Shown here: piece after piece, positions 51,350-62,479 of the stretch
How the letters are laid out: the number at the start of each line of letters is the position of its first letter
How positions within the stretch are numbered: the first letter of the stretch is position 1
Assembly: GCA_946965045.2 (NCBI GenBank)
Contig: OX337228.1
Span: forward strand, 1,736,001-1,800,000
Length of the DNA: 64,000 nt
DNA from: Epithemia pelagica
Lineage: Eukaryota; Protista; Bacillariophyta
Reading direction: 5' to 3'
Translations under genes and position numbers: made by a program
Notes under the pieces: generated by a model
Databases searched by the model: none
Told to the model about the DNA's origin: nothing
The model's input: the letters and a program-made list of their open reading frames with translations, nothing else

Positions 51350-52697
51350 ATGGGTGGTGTGGACATCTTTTTCGACTATGTGTGTCCCGGTATAGGAGTC
51401 GTGATGGCGACCAGCATCTGTGCAGGTACGTACGTGCGTGTTGGGTTCCGTGTGCTTGGTGGAAGCACCATCCTATGGACTACAACGACGACGGCAATCG
51501 TTGGTCTACTTTCTTTTCCCTGTGAGACTGCTATCATTTCTTCTCTCTCTCTCATTCATTTATGGATTCGTTCTGTTCTTTTTGGATTGGCATCCTTCGG
51601 ATGACGATGATTGCATCTATTTGGTTGGCACAACGTTCTACTGACGTATCAATGAATGGATTGCTTGTTGTTGCTCTTTGGTCTTAGCTCCCGTTGTGGA
51701 TTTGCGCCATGCGTTGGTCAAGGGTCGATTGGGTGATTTGAATCCCTTTCCGTGGGTCATGATGACGGGCAATTGTTTGGGATGGTTGGCGTATGGCTAC
51801 TATTTGCAACCGAACGATGCCTTTGTCGTGGCAGCGAGTTTGCCCGGCCTCGTCCTGAGTTTGTGGCTCAATTCCGGTGCGGCCAAGTTGCAATATCAAG
51901 AATTGCGAGATTTGCAACGATTGCAAGAGGAACGAAACCAACACGAATGGGATGCCGATGACAATCCTGAGCAAGAAGACAATGATGATGGAGATGATGT
52001 CGCTCTTAATCCAGAATCGCAACGACGTGGTCCACGACGAGGAGGCCGCCGCCGCCGCCGACAACGTCAAGAAGAACGACAGCAAGCCAATTTGCTTCAT
52101 GAGTATCATCCAGAATATTTGGTGACCACTCCACAAGAACGAGCCTTGATGCAAATTGTGTGTTTGTGGATTTTGGTGTTGGTGTGGGTGGGTTGGATTG
52201 GTCAACCTCGGAATGCGGCTCCCACGGTGGGCATTGTGATGAATTTGAATCTCGTCTTTTTTTACGCAGCACCCTTGCAAACCATGAAACAAATCATTTT
52301 TGTCGACCACCATTCGAATAGCATTCATCGACCTACCATGTACATGAATTGGATCAATACGAGTTTTTGGATCCTCTATGGTTTGGCGCGACGCGATTAT
52401 GTCATTGTCACACCCAATGCCATTGGACTGTCTCTCGGTGTGGCACAAGGACTCTTGTGTTTTTGCTACCCTCCTTCGCCAACGGCATCTGCCAGCAACA
52501 ACCCTTCCACTACGGCACCCCACAAGAACAAAAACAGCACGGCATCCCATTTGCCCGTGCAAGATCATGACGGTGCGGAAGAGGACGCGATTCATCATAG
52601 CAATACACAGTCGTTGATTCAATCACGGCAACCCGATGGTCCTCCAGCTTCTACCATCACAACGTCGAGAAGCACGGGACACGACCACACCGGGTGA
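51350..52697 (+). CDS. SWEET (MtN3/saliva) sugar transporter, copy 1 (2 exons)
   Basis: Exon 1 is 51350-51425 and the intron is 51426-51687. Motifs: LGDLNPFPW, FFYAAPLQTM, FWILYG, PNAIG. 7-TM layout. Confidence 0.92.
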
Positions 52698-53561
52698 GAA
52701 AAACTGCAGCAGCAACACCTACACACAGAAACAATTTCAACGAGACTGGGAAGACAGAAATGCACACGCCCACCAAGGTGATGGAGGGTCGTTTGCCTCC
52801 TCGCGTGTTTGTCATCTCGCGTGTCCTACCAGTAACGAGCTCGAGGGAGAAAGAATCCAACCACAACCACACGACACACACTTCGTGGCGACTTGAATTC
52901 TTTAATCGATCGGAAAATGCGACAGTCATGGTGGAAATCGACCGACACAAGGTACTGGACATAAATGAGACTTTGTTTGGAAGTACCGCTCCTTCAAGAG
53001 TTACAACTTGCGCCAAGCCGACCATGGAACTAGCTGAGCTCAAAGCCAATTGCAACAGGGGACGATCCACGCTAGAACCAAATACGGACCCGTCAATACG
53101 GTCGCATACAGATAGGCAATGACCACACCTGGTGGATTGTTGTGATACATATGTTGTGGTAGACTTGTAATTAGGGTATTCCACATTCCACTCACCTTGT
53201 AGCGGTATGAAACGAGGAAGGACGTGCCATAGGGGTGAGAGAATAGGAATGCCTTTTATCCGACTCAGGTGGGATTCCGCTACTCACCCCTGCTATTTGT
53301 ACAACGGGGTAGGTCAGTCCGTTCGGGAATATGGTGGTCGCGCAATCGGGTCGCCCAAGAGACGCGTCTCGTGTGTCGACTGGAAAAGATCCATTCCATA
53401 CATCCATGATTCCTTTTTCCTCCCTTCGGCCGTGTGATTGATTGTAAGAACTCTTCTTGTATCTCATTCTTGGTAGAAGAACAAAAGAATACTTCTTTCT
53501 ACCTAGTTGTGTGTTGAGAGAACGAACTTGAGTAAGCTGCATTCGATTCCACTTTATTAGA

Positions 53562-54915
53562 ATGGGTGGTTTGGACGTCTTTTTCGACTATGTGTGTCCC
53601 AGTATGGGAGTCTTGATGGCGACCATCATGTTTGCTGGTACGTACGTGCGTGTTGAGTTCTGTGTGTTTCGTGAAAGCACCAGCCTATCGACTAGAACAA
53701 TGTTGGTGCTCTGTGAGCTGTGAGAGACTGCAATCGTGTCTTCTCTCTCTCATTTTCTCATTCATTCATGGATTCGTTCTGTTCGTTTTGGATTGGCATC
53801 CTTCGGATGACGATGATTGCATCCACTTGTCTGCCACAACGTTCGACATACTATACTGATCAATGAATAAATGAAATGAATGGATTGCTTGTTGTTCCTC
53901 TTTGGTTTTAGCTCCCATTGTGGATTTGCGCAATGCGTTGGTCAAGGGTCGATTGGGTGATTTGAATCCTTTTCCCTGGGTCATGATGACGGGCAATTGT
54001 TTGGGATGGGTGGTGTATGGCTATTATTTGAAACCGCACGATGCCTTTGTCGTGGCAGCCAATTTACCGGGCCTCGTCCTGAGTTTGTGGCTGAATTCGG
54101 GTGCGGCCAAGTTGCAATATCAAGAATTGCGAGATTTGCAACGATTGCAAGAGGAACGAAACCAACACGAATGGGATGCCGATGACAATCCCGAACAAGA
54201 AGACGATGATGATGGAGATGATGTCGCTCTCAATCCAGACTCGCAACGACGTGGTCGACGACGACAAGGCCGCCGCCGCCGACAACGACAAGAAGAACGA
54301 CAGCAAGCCAATTTGCTTCATGAGTATCATCCAGAATATCTGGTGACCACTCCACAAGAACGAGCCTTGATGCAAATTGTGTGTTTGTGGATTTTGGTGT
54401 TGGTGTGGGTGGGTTGGATTGGTCAACCTCGGAATGCGGCTCCCACGGTGGGTATTGTGGTGAATTTGAATCTCGTCTTTTTTTACGCAGCACCCCTGCA
54501 AACCATGAAACAAGTTATTTTTGTCGATTGTCATTCGAATAGCATTCATCGACCTACCATGTACATGAATTGGACCAATACGAGTTTTTGGATCCTCTAT
54601 GGTTTGGCGCAACGCGATTATGTCATTGTCGTACCCAATGCCATTGGACTGTCTCTCGGTTTGGCACAAGGACTCTTGTGTTTTTGCTACCCTCCTTCAC
54701 GAACGGCATCTGCCAGCAACAACACTTCTACTTCCTCAACCAATAACAACACCACGGCATCCCGTTTGCCCGTGCAAGATCATGACGGTGCGGAAGAGGA
54801 CGCGATTCATCATAGCAATACACAGTCGGTGATTCAATCGCGGCAACCCGATGGTCCTCCCACAGCTGCCACCACAACATCGAGAAGCAAGGGGCAGCAT
54901 AGTCACACGGGGTAG
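53562..54915 (+). CDS. SWEET sugar transporter, copy 2 (2 exons)
   Basis: Exon 1 is 53562-53637 and the intron is 53638-53911. Nearly identical to copy 1. Confidence 0.92.
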
Positions 54916-56522
54916 AACAAAAACTGCAGCAGCAACAGCTACACCCAGAAACGATTTCAACCACAGTAGGAGGAGAAAAATGTGCACACGATGGAGGTCT
55001 GTTGCCTCGCGTGTCCTAGGAAAAATTTGCGCAAGGGAGAAAGAATCCAACGACAACCAAAAGACACCCAAACGCATGTCGTTGTTGCGTTTCCATACCA
55101 CTGGACTCCTCTCAGAGAGCCACAACACCAGTGCTGGCGACAAAACAAAACCATGTGCTGCTCATCCTCGTGACCCAAAAGATTTCCGTTGGCATTAGAT
55201 CAACAATTCATGTATACATAATACTAATACTCCTAAACGAAACGACCAACTATAGTGTTATTGTTTTGATTTCCTCACACTCGTGCCGTACGGTCTATCT
55301 AAATTCCTAGGAGTAGGTGTAGAACATTCCACTCCTACTAGATTCGGTTGAGAAAACGCACTTTGTTCGCTTCACATCAAGAGGTGATAGTTCGCTTCTC
55401 TCGTTCCAGGATTGGAGCCACAATGGAGACACACACAAGCAGCAGACAGCAAAAGGGTCTGTGCAGAAAGAGTGAGATTGCAGATGCGCAACAACAGATG
55501 TTTGGAGCCGAACTTTGAAATGCACAAAGAAAGTTGGGATGAGAACACAGAAGTCACCATCATCTGTCGCAGGACGCAAGGTCCCAAACAAGGTTCTCGT
55601 CGTGTTTGGTTTGGATCCCTTCAGCTTTTTGTTTTTTATTGGAAGGAAGTTTTATGATGTATCATCTGCCACACTTGTGTGGACAGATGTCACCTCCCAA
55701 GTTCGCACGAGTTCGGTCCCAGTCATGGAGCGTATGACAGAGATGGAGTATAATCGAAAGTGTAGCCCAGAGACGGCAAGGAGTGAACCATCCGTTGATG
55801 TCTGCGGCAAGCTGTTCCATGAAGAATGACGACATGCAATATCACCCGGTTTTATCCGCCTGCCATCACCCAACCAACCTGTGGTGAGAGTGGTGAGAGA
55901 ATCTTGGTGGTGGGGGGATCTGGGAGCGTGGACGGACACCGAGATCTTTTTTCCACGTAGAACTGACCGCGATCCGACCAACCAAAACACCCCACCCACC
56001 CAAATCTTCCGACGACCGCAGCCGCAGCCGCACAGCCCTTGGCAGCAGGATACCTCTGTCTGGATGAACGGAAGAACATACGACGAGCATCCATCACCCA
56101 AAAGCTGATCTCGGTCGTCTGTTGTCCACACAGCCTCTCGACCTCGACTGCCAGAAAGGCAAATAATCTTGCACACACTCGTGAACTATAGAGAGTGCTC
56201 TGTCATCGATTCTCTCACCTTCTCTGGTGTGAATTCCCCACAAGGCGAAGACACACCACCTCTATTTTGTATAGTGTGCGTGGGGAGATAACCAAGGAAG
56301 TGAAGTAAGAGTAGGAGGGGGTGTCCAGACGACCAGAAGACACCACGCCCATCAACGCACAGCTTGTCTACAACGCCAAACAGAGGGAGACAAGGATTCT
56401 GTGGTGCTGGTGCGACGAGGAGACAGAGAAGTCTCGTCGTCTTGTGTGCACCGATCTCGCAACCACTGCTCAACGACAAGAGCAACTCCTCGTAACAATC
56501 ACAAGGACATACCATCAACACC

Positions 56523-58180
56523 ATGAAGGACTTTCTGACCCTCTTTACGGGCACTGTTTGTCCTAGCGTAGGAGCTATATTGGCTACCTTCTTGTTTGGA
56601 GGTAAGAGAAGTTGATGTTGACAACGAAGAGTTCGTATTGGGACCCGAGAATATTTACCTCTCTAGACAAGAACCAGAACTGTCGGACAAAGATACTGGG
56701 TGTCAAATCTGATTCAGGGGCGCACTCATGGATACCTTGTCATATCACCATGACACTCTCTGTCATTCCCTTCTTGTTCTTCTTCTCACAATCATGGTCT
56801 CGTTTTCTTCGATTGTGGTTGTTCTTGTTGTTGCTTCTGTGTTTCCTACTATATCGGCACACTCGTGAATCACCCTTCATTCTTGACGAACGAACGAACT
56901 ATGCTACAGCTCCCATTATGGATCTGCGTCGTGCCTTGTTGAATGGTCGATTGGGAGATTTGAATCCCTTTCCTTGGGTCATGATGACGGGTAATTGTTT
57001 GGGATGGATCGTCTATGGGTATTATTTGGAACCAAAAGATGGCTTTATTGTAGCCGGCAATGTACCAGGGTTGGTGATCTCCCTATGGTTGAATTTGGGA
57101 GCGGCCAAGCTACAATACAAGCAAGTGTTGCAAGATATGTGGCAACAACAATTGCGAGCCGAAGAAGAGGAAGAACAAAATGCCAAGTCGTCGCACACTT
57201 CCAACGAACATAGCAGTAGTGGAGACGAAGACAATCACAGTCAAACGAATGGCCACCCTCACCATCTCATGACGGACCCGCACAAGGAGACTACAGATAC
57301 TACCATTGCTACTCTCCCACCGATTGCGACGAGCAATGCCGTTGTACTTCCCAACGCATTGACAATGATCAAGAATGGACAAGAGCCACCCCCTCACCCA
57401 CAGTATTCGTATAGTCCGATCCATCATCTTCCAGCACCTACCGTTTTGTTGGTACCTTCCGATCATAAGGAAGATCAACACCATTTGGTTCATCGATCTC
57501 ATGGTGCTGCGGCTCGTTCTCACCCTCCACTTACAGTTGCGCCTTCGCCCTCCAAACTACAACATTTGGTCCGAAGCCGAAGTGGACCATACGACAGCAC
57601 TTATACGACATCGGCCAACTCCTCCTTTGCGGGCGCCACCTCGGTTCCGATGGAAGAGTTGGTTCTGGTACCTCAAGAAGTGGGCTTGTTGCGCATTTTA
57701 TGTGCCTGGATTGTCGTGTTGGTCTGGGTCGGTTGGATGGGTACCAGTCGACAAGGTACGATTTCCACCATTGGCATTGTGGTGAATTTGAATCTCGTCT
57801 TTTTCTATGCCGCCCCCCTCAAAACCATGCAACAAGTGATATTTTTGGATCGACATTCCAATACCATTCATCGACCTACCATGTACATGAGTTTGACGGC
57901 CTCCTGTTTCTCCTTTTTGTACGGTGTCGCCAAACGAGATCCCATTATTGAATTGCCGAATGCAATGGGAGTGATCATGGGATTGATTCAGGTTTTGCTC
58001 TGTTTCTGCTTCCCCAAACGAATAATTCCTCCAGAAGGAGGCGACGACACGGACGACCAAGAACATCCACAACCATCCCAAGTATTTGCACATAATGACA
58101 AACTTCTACGAAAACAAAACGAAGAGGAACAGGATGAAGAAGAGGGATACGCATCAACTCAAAGCATGTCCATGGATTGA
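56523..58180 (+). CDS. SWEET sugar transporter, copy 3, more divergent (2 exons)
   Basis: Exon 1 is 56523-56601 (MKDFLTLFTGTVCP...) and the intron is 56602-56909, at the same position and phase as in copies 1 and 2. The TM3-TM4 loop is much longer. Confidence 0.9.
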
Positions 58181-58642
58181 AGAAGTTACATCAACTACAC
58201 CAACACGCGCAAGGATAACCTATATTGAGACGGAACCACCCTGCAATTGTGGAAAGACCCAGTGTGAAGAACAAAAAGGAACTCATTCTTTGCTTTAAGT
58301 GCTATCTTTTTTGTGTCTGCCGTCCAAGGCACAGGTTGCTGTTTTTGTTGTTGTTGCTGCTGCTACAGTTGTGGGTATGTGATTTGTCACGGGCTTGCTG
58401 GGAAGAGAAAAATGACCTTATATCTTCTTCAAAAAAACGAGGCTTTGCAGCCCAGAACAGCCACAGCACCAAGCATAAAAACTACGCCTGCAAACGACCC
58501 ACCCAGAGGCCAAGCCTGAAAATATATTATATGTGCGCGATTGGAAGATTCGGAGCTTTTTGTTGTTGTTGAGTTATTTTTTGTTGTTTTAGAGAAATCT
58601 TCTTCTTCTTCTTCCTTCTTTTTTGCCACCACCGCGATGCTA

Positions 58643-59977
58643 CTACGGATGATGATGACGATAACGATTAGTAATAAGAATGATAGAGTTGCATAGTAAA
58701 CAGGCTACCATAAACCCCACTGCAAATCCTTCCAGCCAAGGTTGACCATAGGGTCTTGTCGTCGTGTCATCATCATCATTTCGATCACCTTGATTACGCT
58801 CCTGTGAGTTGTATAGGTTCTTGTTTGTTGTCACTGTTGTTGTCTTGGTTGTTGCGATTGCTCCAGTCGGACTGTTTGGTGCTTTGGTTTTGGACTCGTT
58901 TTCTCGCGGATTGGATTTCTGTTGTTGTTTTGTATTTGCTAATGGTTTGGGGCTGAGATGAGCTTTTTGGTAAGCTCGTTGCAATCGTTCATGAGCCTTT
59001 TCAATGGCCGTGTCACGAACCGTCGTCGTCGTCGTCGTCCCACAACAATACGAGGGCTGGGCACGGCATACCAGGATTCGGTTTTGTGGAGTAATGCGAG
59101 GATCCAAAACCTTGATTCGTACAGTGTACGAGTATTCGGACGAATCCAAATCATCATCATCATCCACAAAAGAGGTTCTAGTAGACTTGTTGTGGGTGGT
59201 GTCATTCGTTTCTCCTTCTTGTTGGTGGTGGTTGAGTGCCTGACGACGAGGACGAGTCCAAACTTGTTGCTGGGCTCGTCCAGCCAAGAGAAGATCCATG
59301 ACAATTGGAAAGGGTACTTGTTAATTGCGAGCCGTGGCCTTCCAGGGTGCACCGGGTGTCAAATCGGTTTGACAACAGGGCATGACGGCACAATGAACTC
59401 CATATCGATAGGCAATTTGCATGGTTTCTTCGGACAAGTGTTGGCAGGCATGACAAGCCACCACCAAGATTTGAAGTCGACGACCATCCCTTTCGGAGTG
59501 GTTCGTGTCGTCCTGTGTCATGAGGAGCCGTTGGAGCTCGTTGGGCAAGGCCGTTCGCAAGCATTCGTGACGATAGCGTAATTGTTTTTGGCCGTGATAA
59601 AAGGGCGCCCAGACCTTGGCAACTCCACCGCCTTCTTGACCTACTTGAGCCGGATCAATGACACAAGCATGGCGTGCTGACGTTAACACCAAAAAGAGAG
59701 CCGCCACGGCACCATGGCCACCGGCAACATCGATCACGACATCCAAGGCGTGACTTTGTTGTTTGCGTTGTTTGTGCAACAAGGTGGATCGAACGCCATT
59801 GACAAAGGCATAGGATTCATCAAATTCCTTGACAGATGGACAACGAATTCGAGCCTTCCGCAAGGCATGAAACAATTCTTGCTCCAACGTTAACTTTTCA
59901 TCAGTCTTCTTTGTGTCGTTGGGTGTACTGTTTGGGTGCTGCCGGTGGGTTAAGGATTGGGGTGTATCTGCCGACAT
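58643..59977 (-). pseudogene. Class I SAM-dependent methyltransferase interrupted by one in-frame TAA at 59323-59321 (pseudogene, readthrough or sequence error)
   Basis: ORFs 59977-59321 and 59299-58643 are in the same frame. VIDVAGGHG, VACHACQHLS and VMPCC precede the stop. ARN*QVPFPIVMDLLLAG and YTVRIKVLDPRITPQNRILV follow it. Confidence 0.75.
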
Positions 59978-60237
59978 TTCTGTTCAGTAATGGTGGCCTA
60001 ATCTTAATCTTCTCCTGTGGACAAACAATTGCCGAATACAAGATACTCTATTCACCTGGCTTTGAGATATAGATTCGCAACGACACAACCAATTCAACGA
60101 GATGGATGATGGATGCAAGGATTTTTTTCTGATTCGGCACGCGCCTGTCGCTCGGAAGTATCTTCTGATCGCTACTTAGTCGCGTATAATATGATCAAAG
60201 GAGGTCCACGTCATCAGTCATCACCCATTGTAGGACC

Positions 60238-61511
60238 ATGACGACCATGACGGGTCGCCATTGTCGTCGTTGTTGCAGTCATGTCTTGTTCTTTCCCATC
60301 CTCCTCTCTCTTCCGATTGCGTGCAGTGCCCTTTCTCCCACAATCCGTAAACAAGCAACTTTACAGCGGTGGAGTCACTCCCCCCTTTGTTCCTCTGCCA
60401 ATCCGAGCACCACAACTGGGAAAGATCCAACAAGCTGCTCCTCTTTCTTTCCCAATAATGAAGGGATAACGGCATTGGTTCGTGGTGTACCTACCAATTT
60501 GGAAAAGGACATTGAGGTAGCGCTTAGGCGACAGGGTATCCACTATCAAAGCTCCTGGGATGAGGAGAACACTCCGGCATGGACAACGACGACGACATGT
60601 GAGGAATTTGTGGTATACCAATGGAATGCCGCGGCTGGAATGCTCAAGCTTCAACCAACAAATTCTGCATCATTGGCGGTGAATCTCCCTCGGTGGATTC
60701 CTCTCCTGCAAGATCAAGAAACTGTGTTGGTTCGCAATGGGTGGTCCTTTCTCGATCATGACGACAACGACAACGACAATGAACCCATGTCGAAGGAGAC
60801 TACATCGGCTTCCCAGTGGGAAGGAACGTACAGTCCCAAATGGAACACAAATCCAAGCGTGATGGACCAAAAAACGGAAAGAGTGTCATCCCTGGGCTTT
60901 GCCTTGGATTTCCCGAATCTAGTGGAGGATCTCGCCCTGGAACGGTTGCAAACCGACTTGGCGCGACGCGTCTTGTTGGAAGGGGCCACCGACCCACCAG
61001 GGCTCAAGCGTACTCATAATGGTCATGATTGGACGGGATCCATGACGGACAAGAAGACTGGAATCTTTACCTGCGCCTTGACCCTCCTTCCATTGTTTTC
61101 CTCGACAGACTTGATGCCCACCACGGCCTCTTCGGGATGGCTCTCCTTTGCCCGACCCCTGGCCAAGGATCATGTTCTACTGTTCAATCCTACAACAACA
61201 ACAACAACCGATACAGCATCGTCTTTAGAATGTGACTTACGCACAGAAGTGCTTTGCCGGGACATTACTTTGGACCTGGAGAAGGCTATTGCATCAATGC
61301 GAGCGCCTTGAATTTTGTACCCCTCCAAACTACCACTTCCACAGACTGTACAAGTCCAACAACCATTGGTGGAGCGATCGAGTCCACGGCAAGGCATGCA
61401 CGCAACGTATTGCAAGGTCCCCGTTCGTATCAACCACTGATGGAGGATACAGATTCGATGGATCCTGCAGTGTTGCTCCTCCGTCGCATCGTGACACAAG
61501 AACAAGAATGA
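60238..61511 (+). pseudogene. msrB: Methionine-R-sulfoxide reductase MsrB-like gene with signal peptide, frameshifted near 61254
   Basis: RRVLLEGAT, GIFTCA..LPLFSS, SSGWLSF and RTEVL lie in one frame. GHYFG..EGYCINASALNFVP lies in another frame starting at about 61254. Confidence 0.75.
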
Positions 61512-62479
61512 CAGCAAACGTTGTTCCCACCAAACGATGGACCTGCAGATGGAGAGTGCTCCAACAGGCTACGTTGTGTGGAAGTAGCAGCCATGAGATA
61601 ACCTCACATTGGTCTACGATGAGAGTGCTGTATGTAGGAGGATTCGTCTTCATTGCCGGTCCCGTCGTTTCTACCGATTGTCCAACCATAACAAGCAGTG
61701 TGTTCAAAAGTTGCATCATGAGTCATCCCCCTTGAATCGACATGGTTTTGTCGCCTTTCCTCGGCCGACAGACCCGCACGTGGTACTCACACAAGCCTCA
61801 TCACATGTTACTGATATGTGATATGGCAATTTAGTATCTCCATTCCAAGCCTTGGAAGTTTGAAGATAATGATTGTTTCAAAAAGGATCAGTCATTCGTC
61901 CTGCGTTGCTCGTTCTACGATCTAGAGGAGTACGAGTGGTATGGATAATGGATGAGATATAAAGTAGGAGTAGGTAGTGCCTCAATCTCAACCTTTCGGA
62001 TCTAGAACTCTAGGAGGACCTCGCACTACAGAGCACCTATATATAAAGCGATAGGAATGCGACTCAATGAGGGAGAATTTCTCGAGACACGCATTCCCAA
62101 AGATTCCCATTCTCTACATTGAAGAATCTGTGTGTGTCACACACGCAACGTTCTCGTAGAACATCACGCACATCACTGCGTTCTCCTTCACATCATTCTC
62201 GTCTCTCTTGTCAATTCGGCAACGACGACAATCAAGTCACAACCTTGGTAGTCTTTCCAACAAGCCACTCTTTCTATCAATCAATCCAACAAGTTTGCCC
62301 CTCGACACTTTTCTCCAGAGGCCATTCCTTTTTTCCACTACAAACAAACGAACACGAGCCCATTCTTCCCAACATCGTGCCTCTTCTTGTCGACAATAAT
62401 TCCCAGACGTGTCGTGTCGATTTCATCCCTCATTGTCCACAGAGCAGTCAATCATCTTGGCATCTTTATCCCTACTATC

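Larger units (their letters stand above)
51160..55100 (+). repeat. Recent tandem segmental duplication (about 2.2-kb offset) covering promoter, intron, CDS and 3' flank of SWEET copies 1 and 2
   Basis: Shared non-coding blocks: gggtcgcccaagagacgcgt (about 51188 and 53348), tcgattccact..tagaatgggtggt, intron sequence, and aaaactgcagcagcaaca.ctacac.cagaaac after both stops. Boundaries are approximate. Confidence 0.9.

Noticed and set aside
55280-55340. taggagt...actccta hairpin between SWEET2 and SWEET3
   Set aside because: Only a 7-bp stem, with no tRNA, snoRNA or MITE features.
61309-61311. TGA ending the first MsrB ORF as a selenocysteine codon
   Set aside because: It is not in the frame of the catalytic YCIN motif, which already encodes Cys (TGC).
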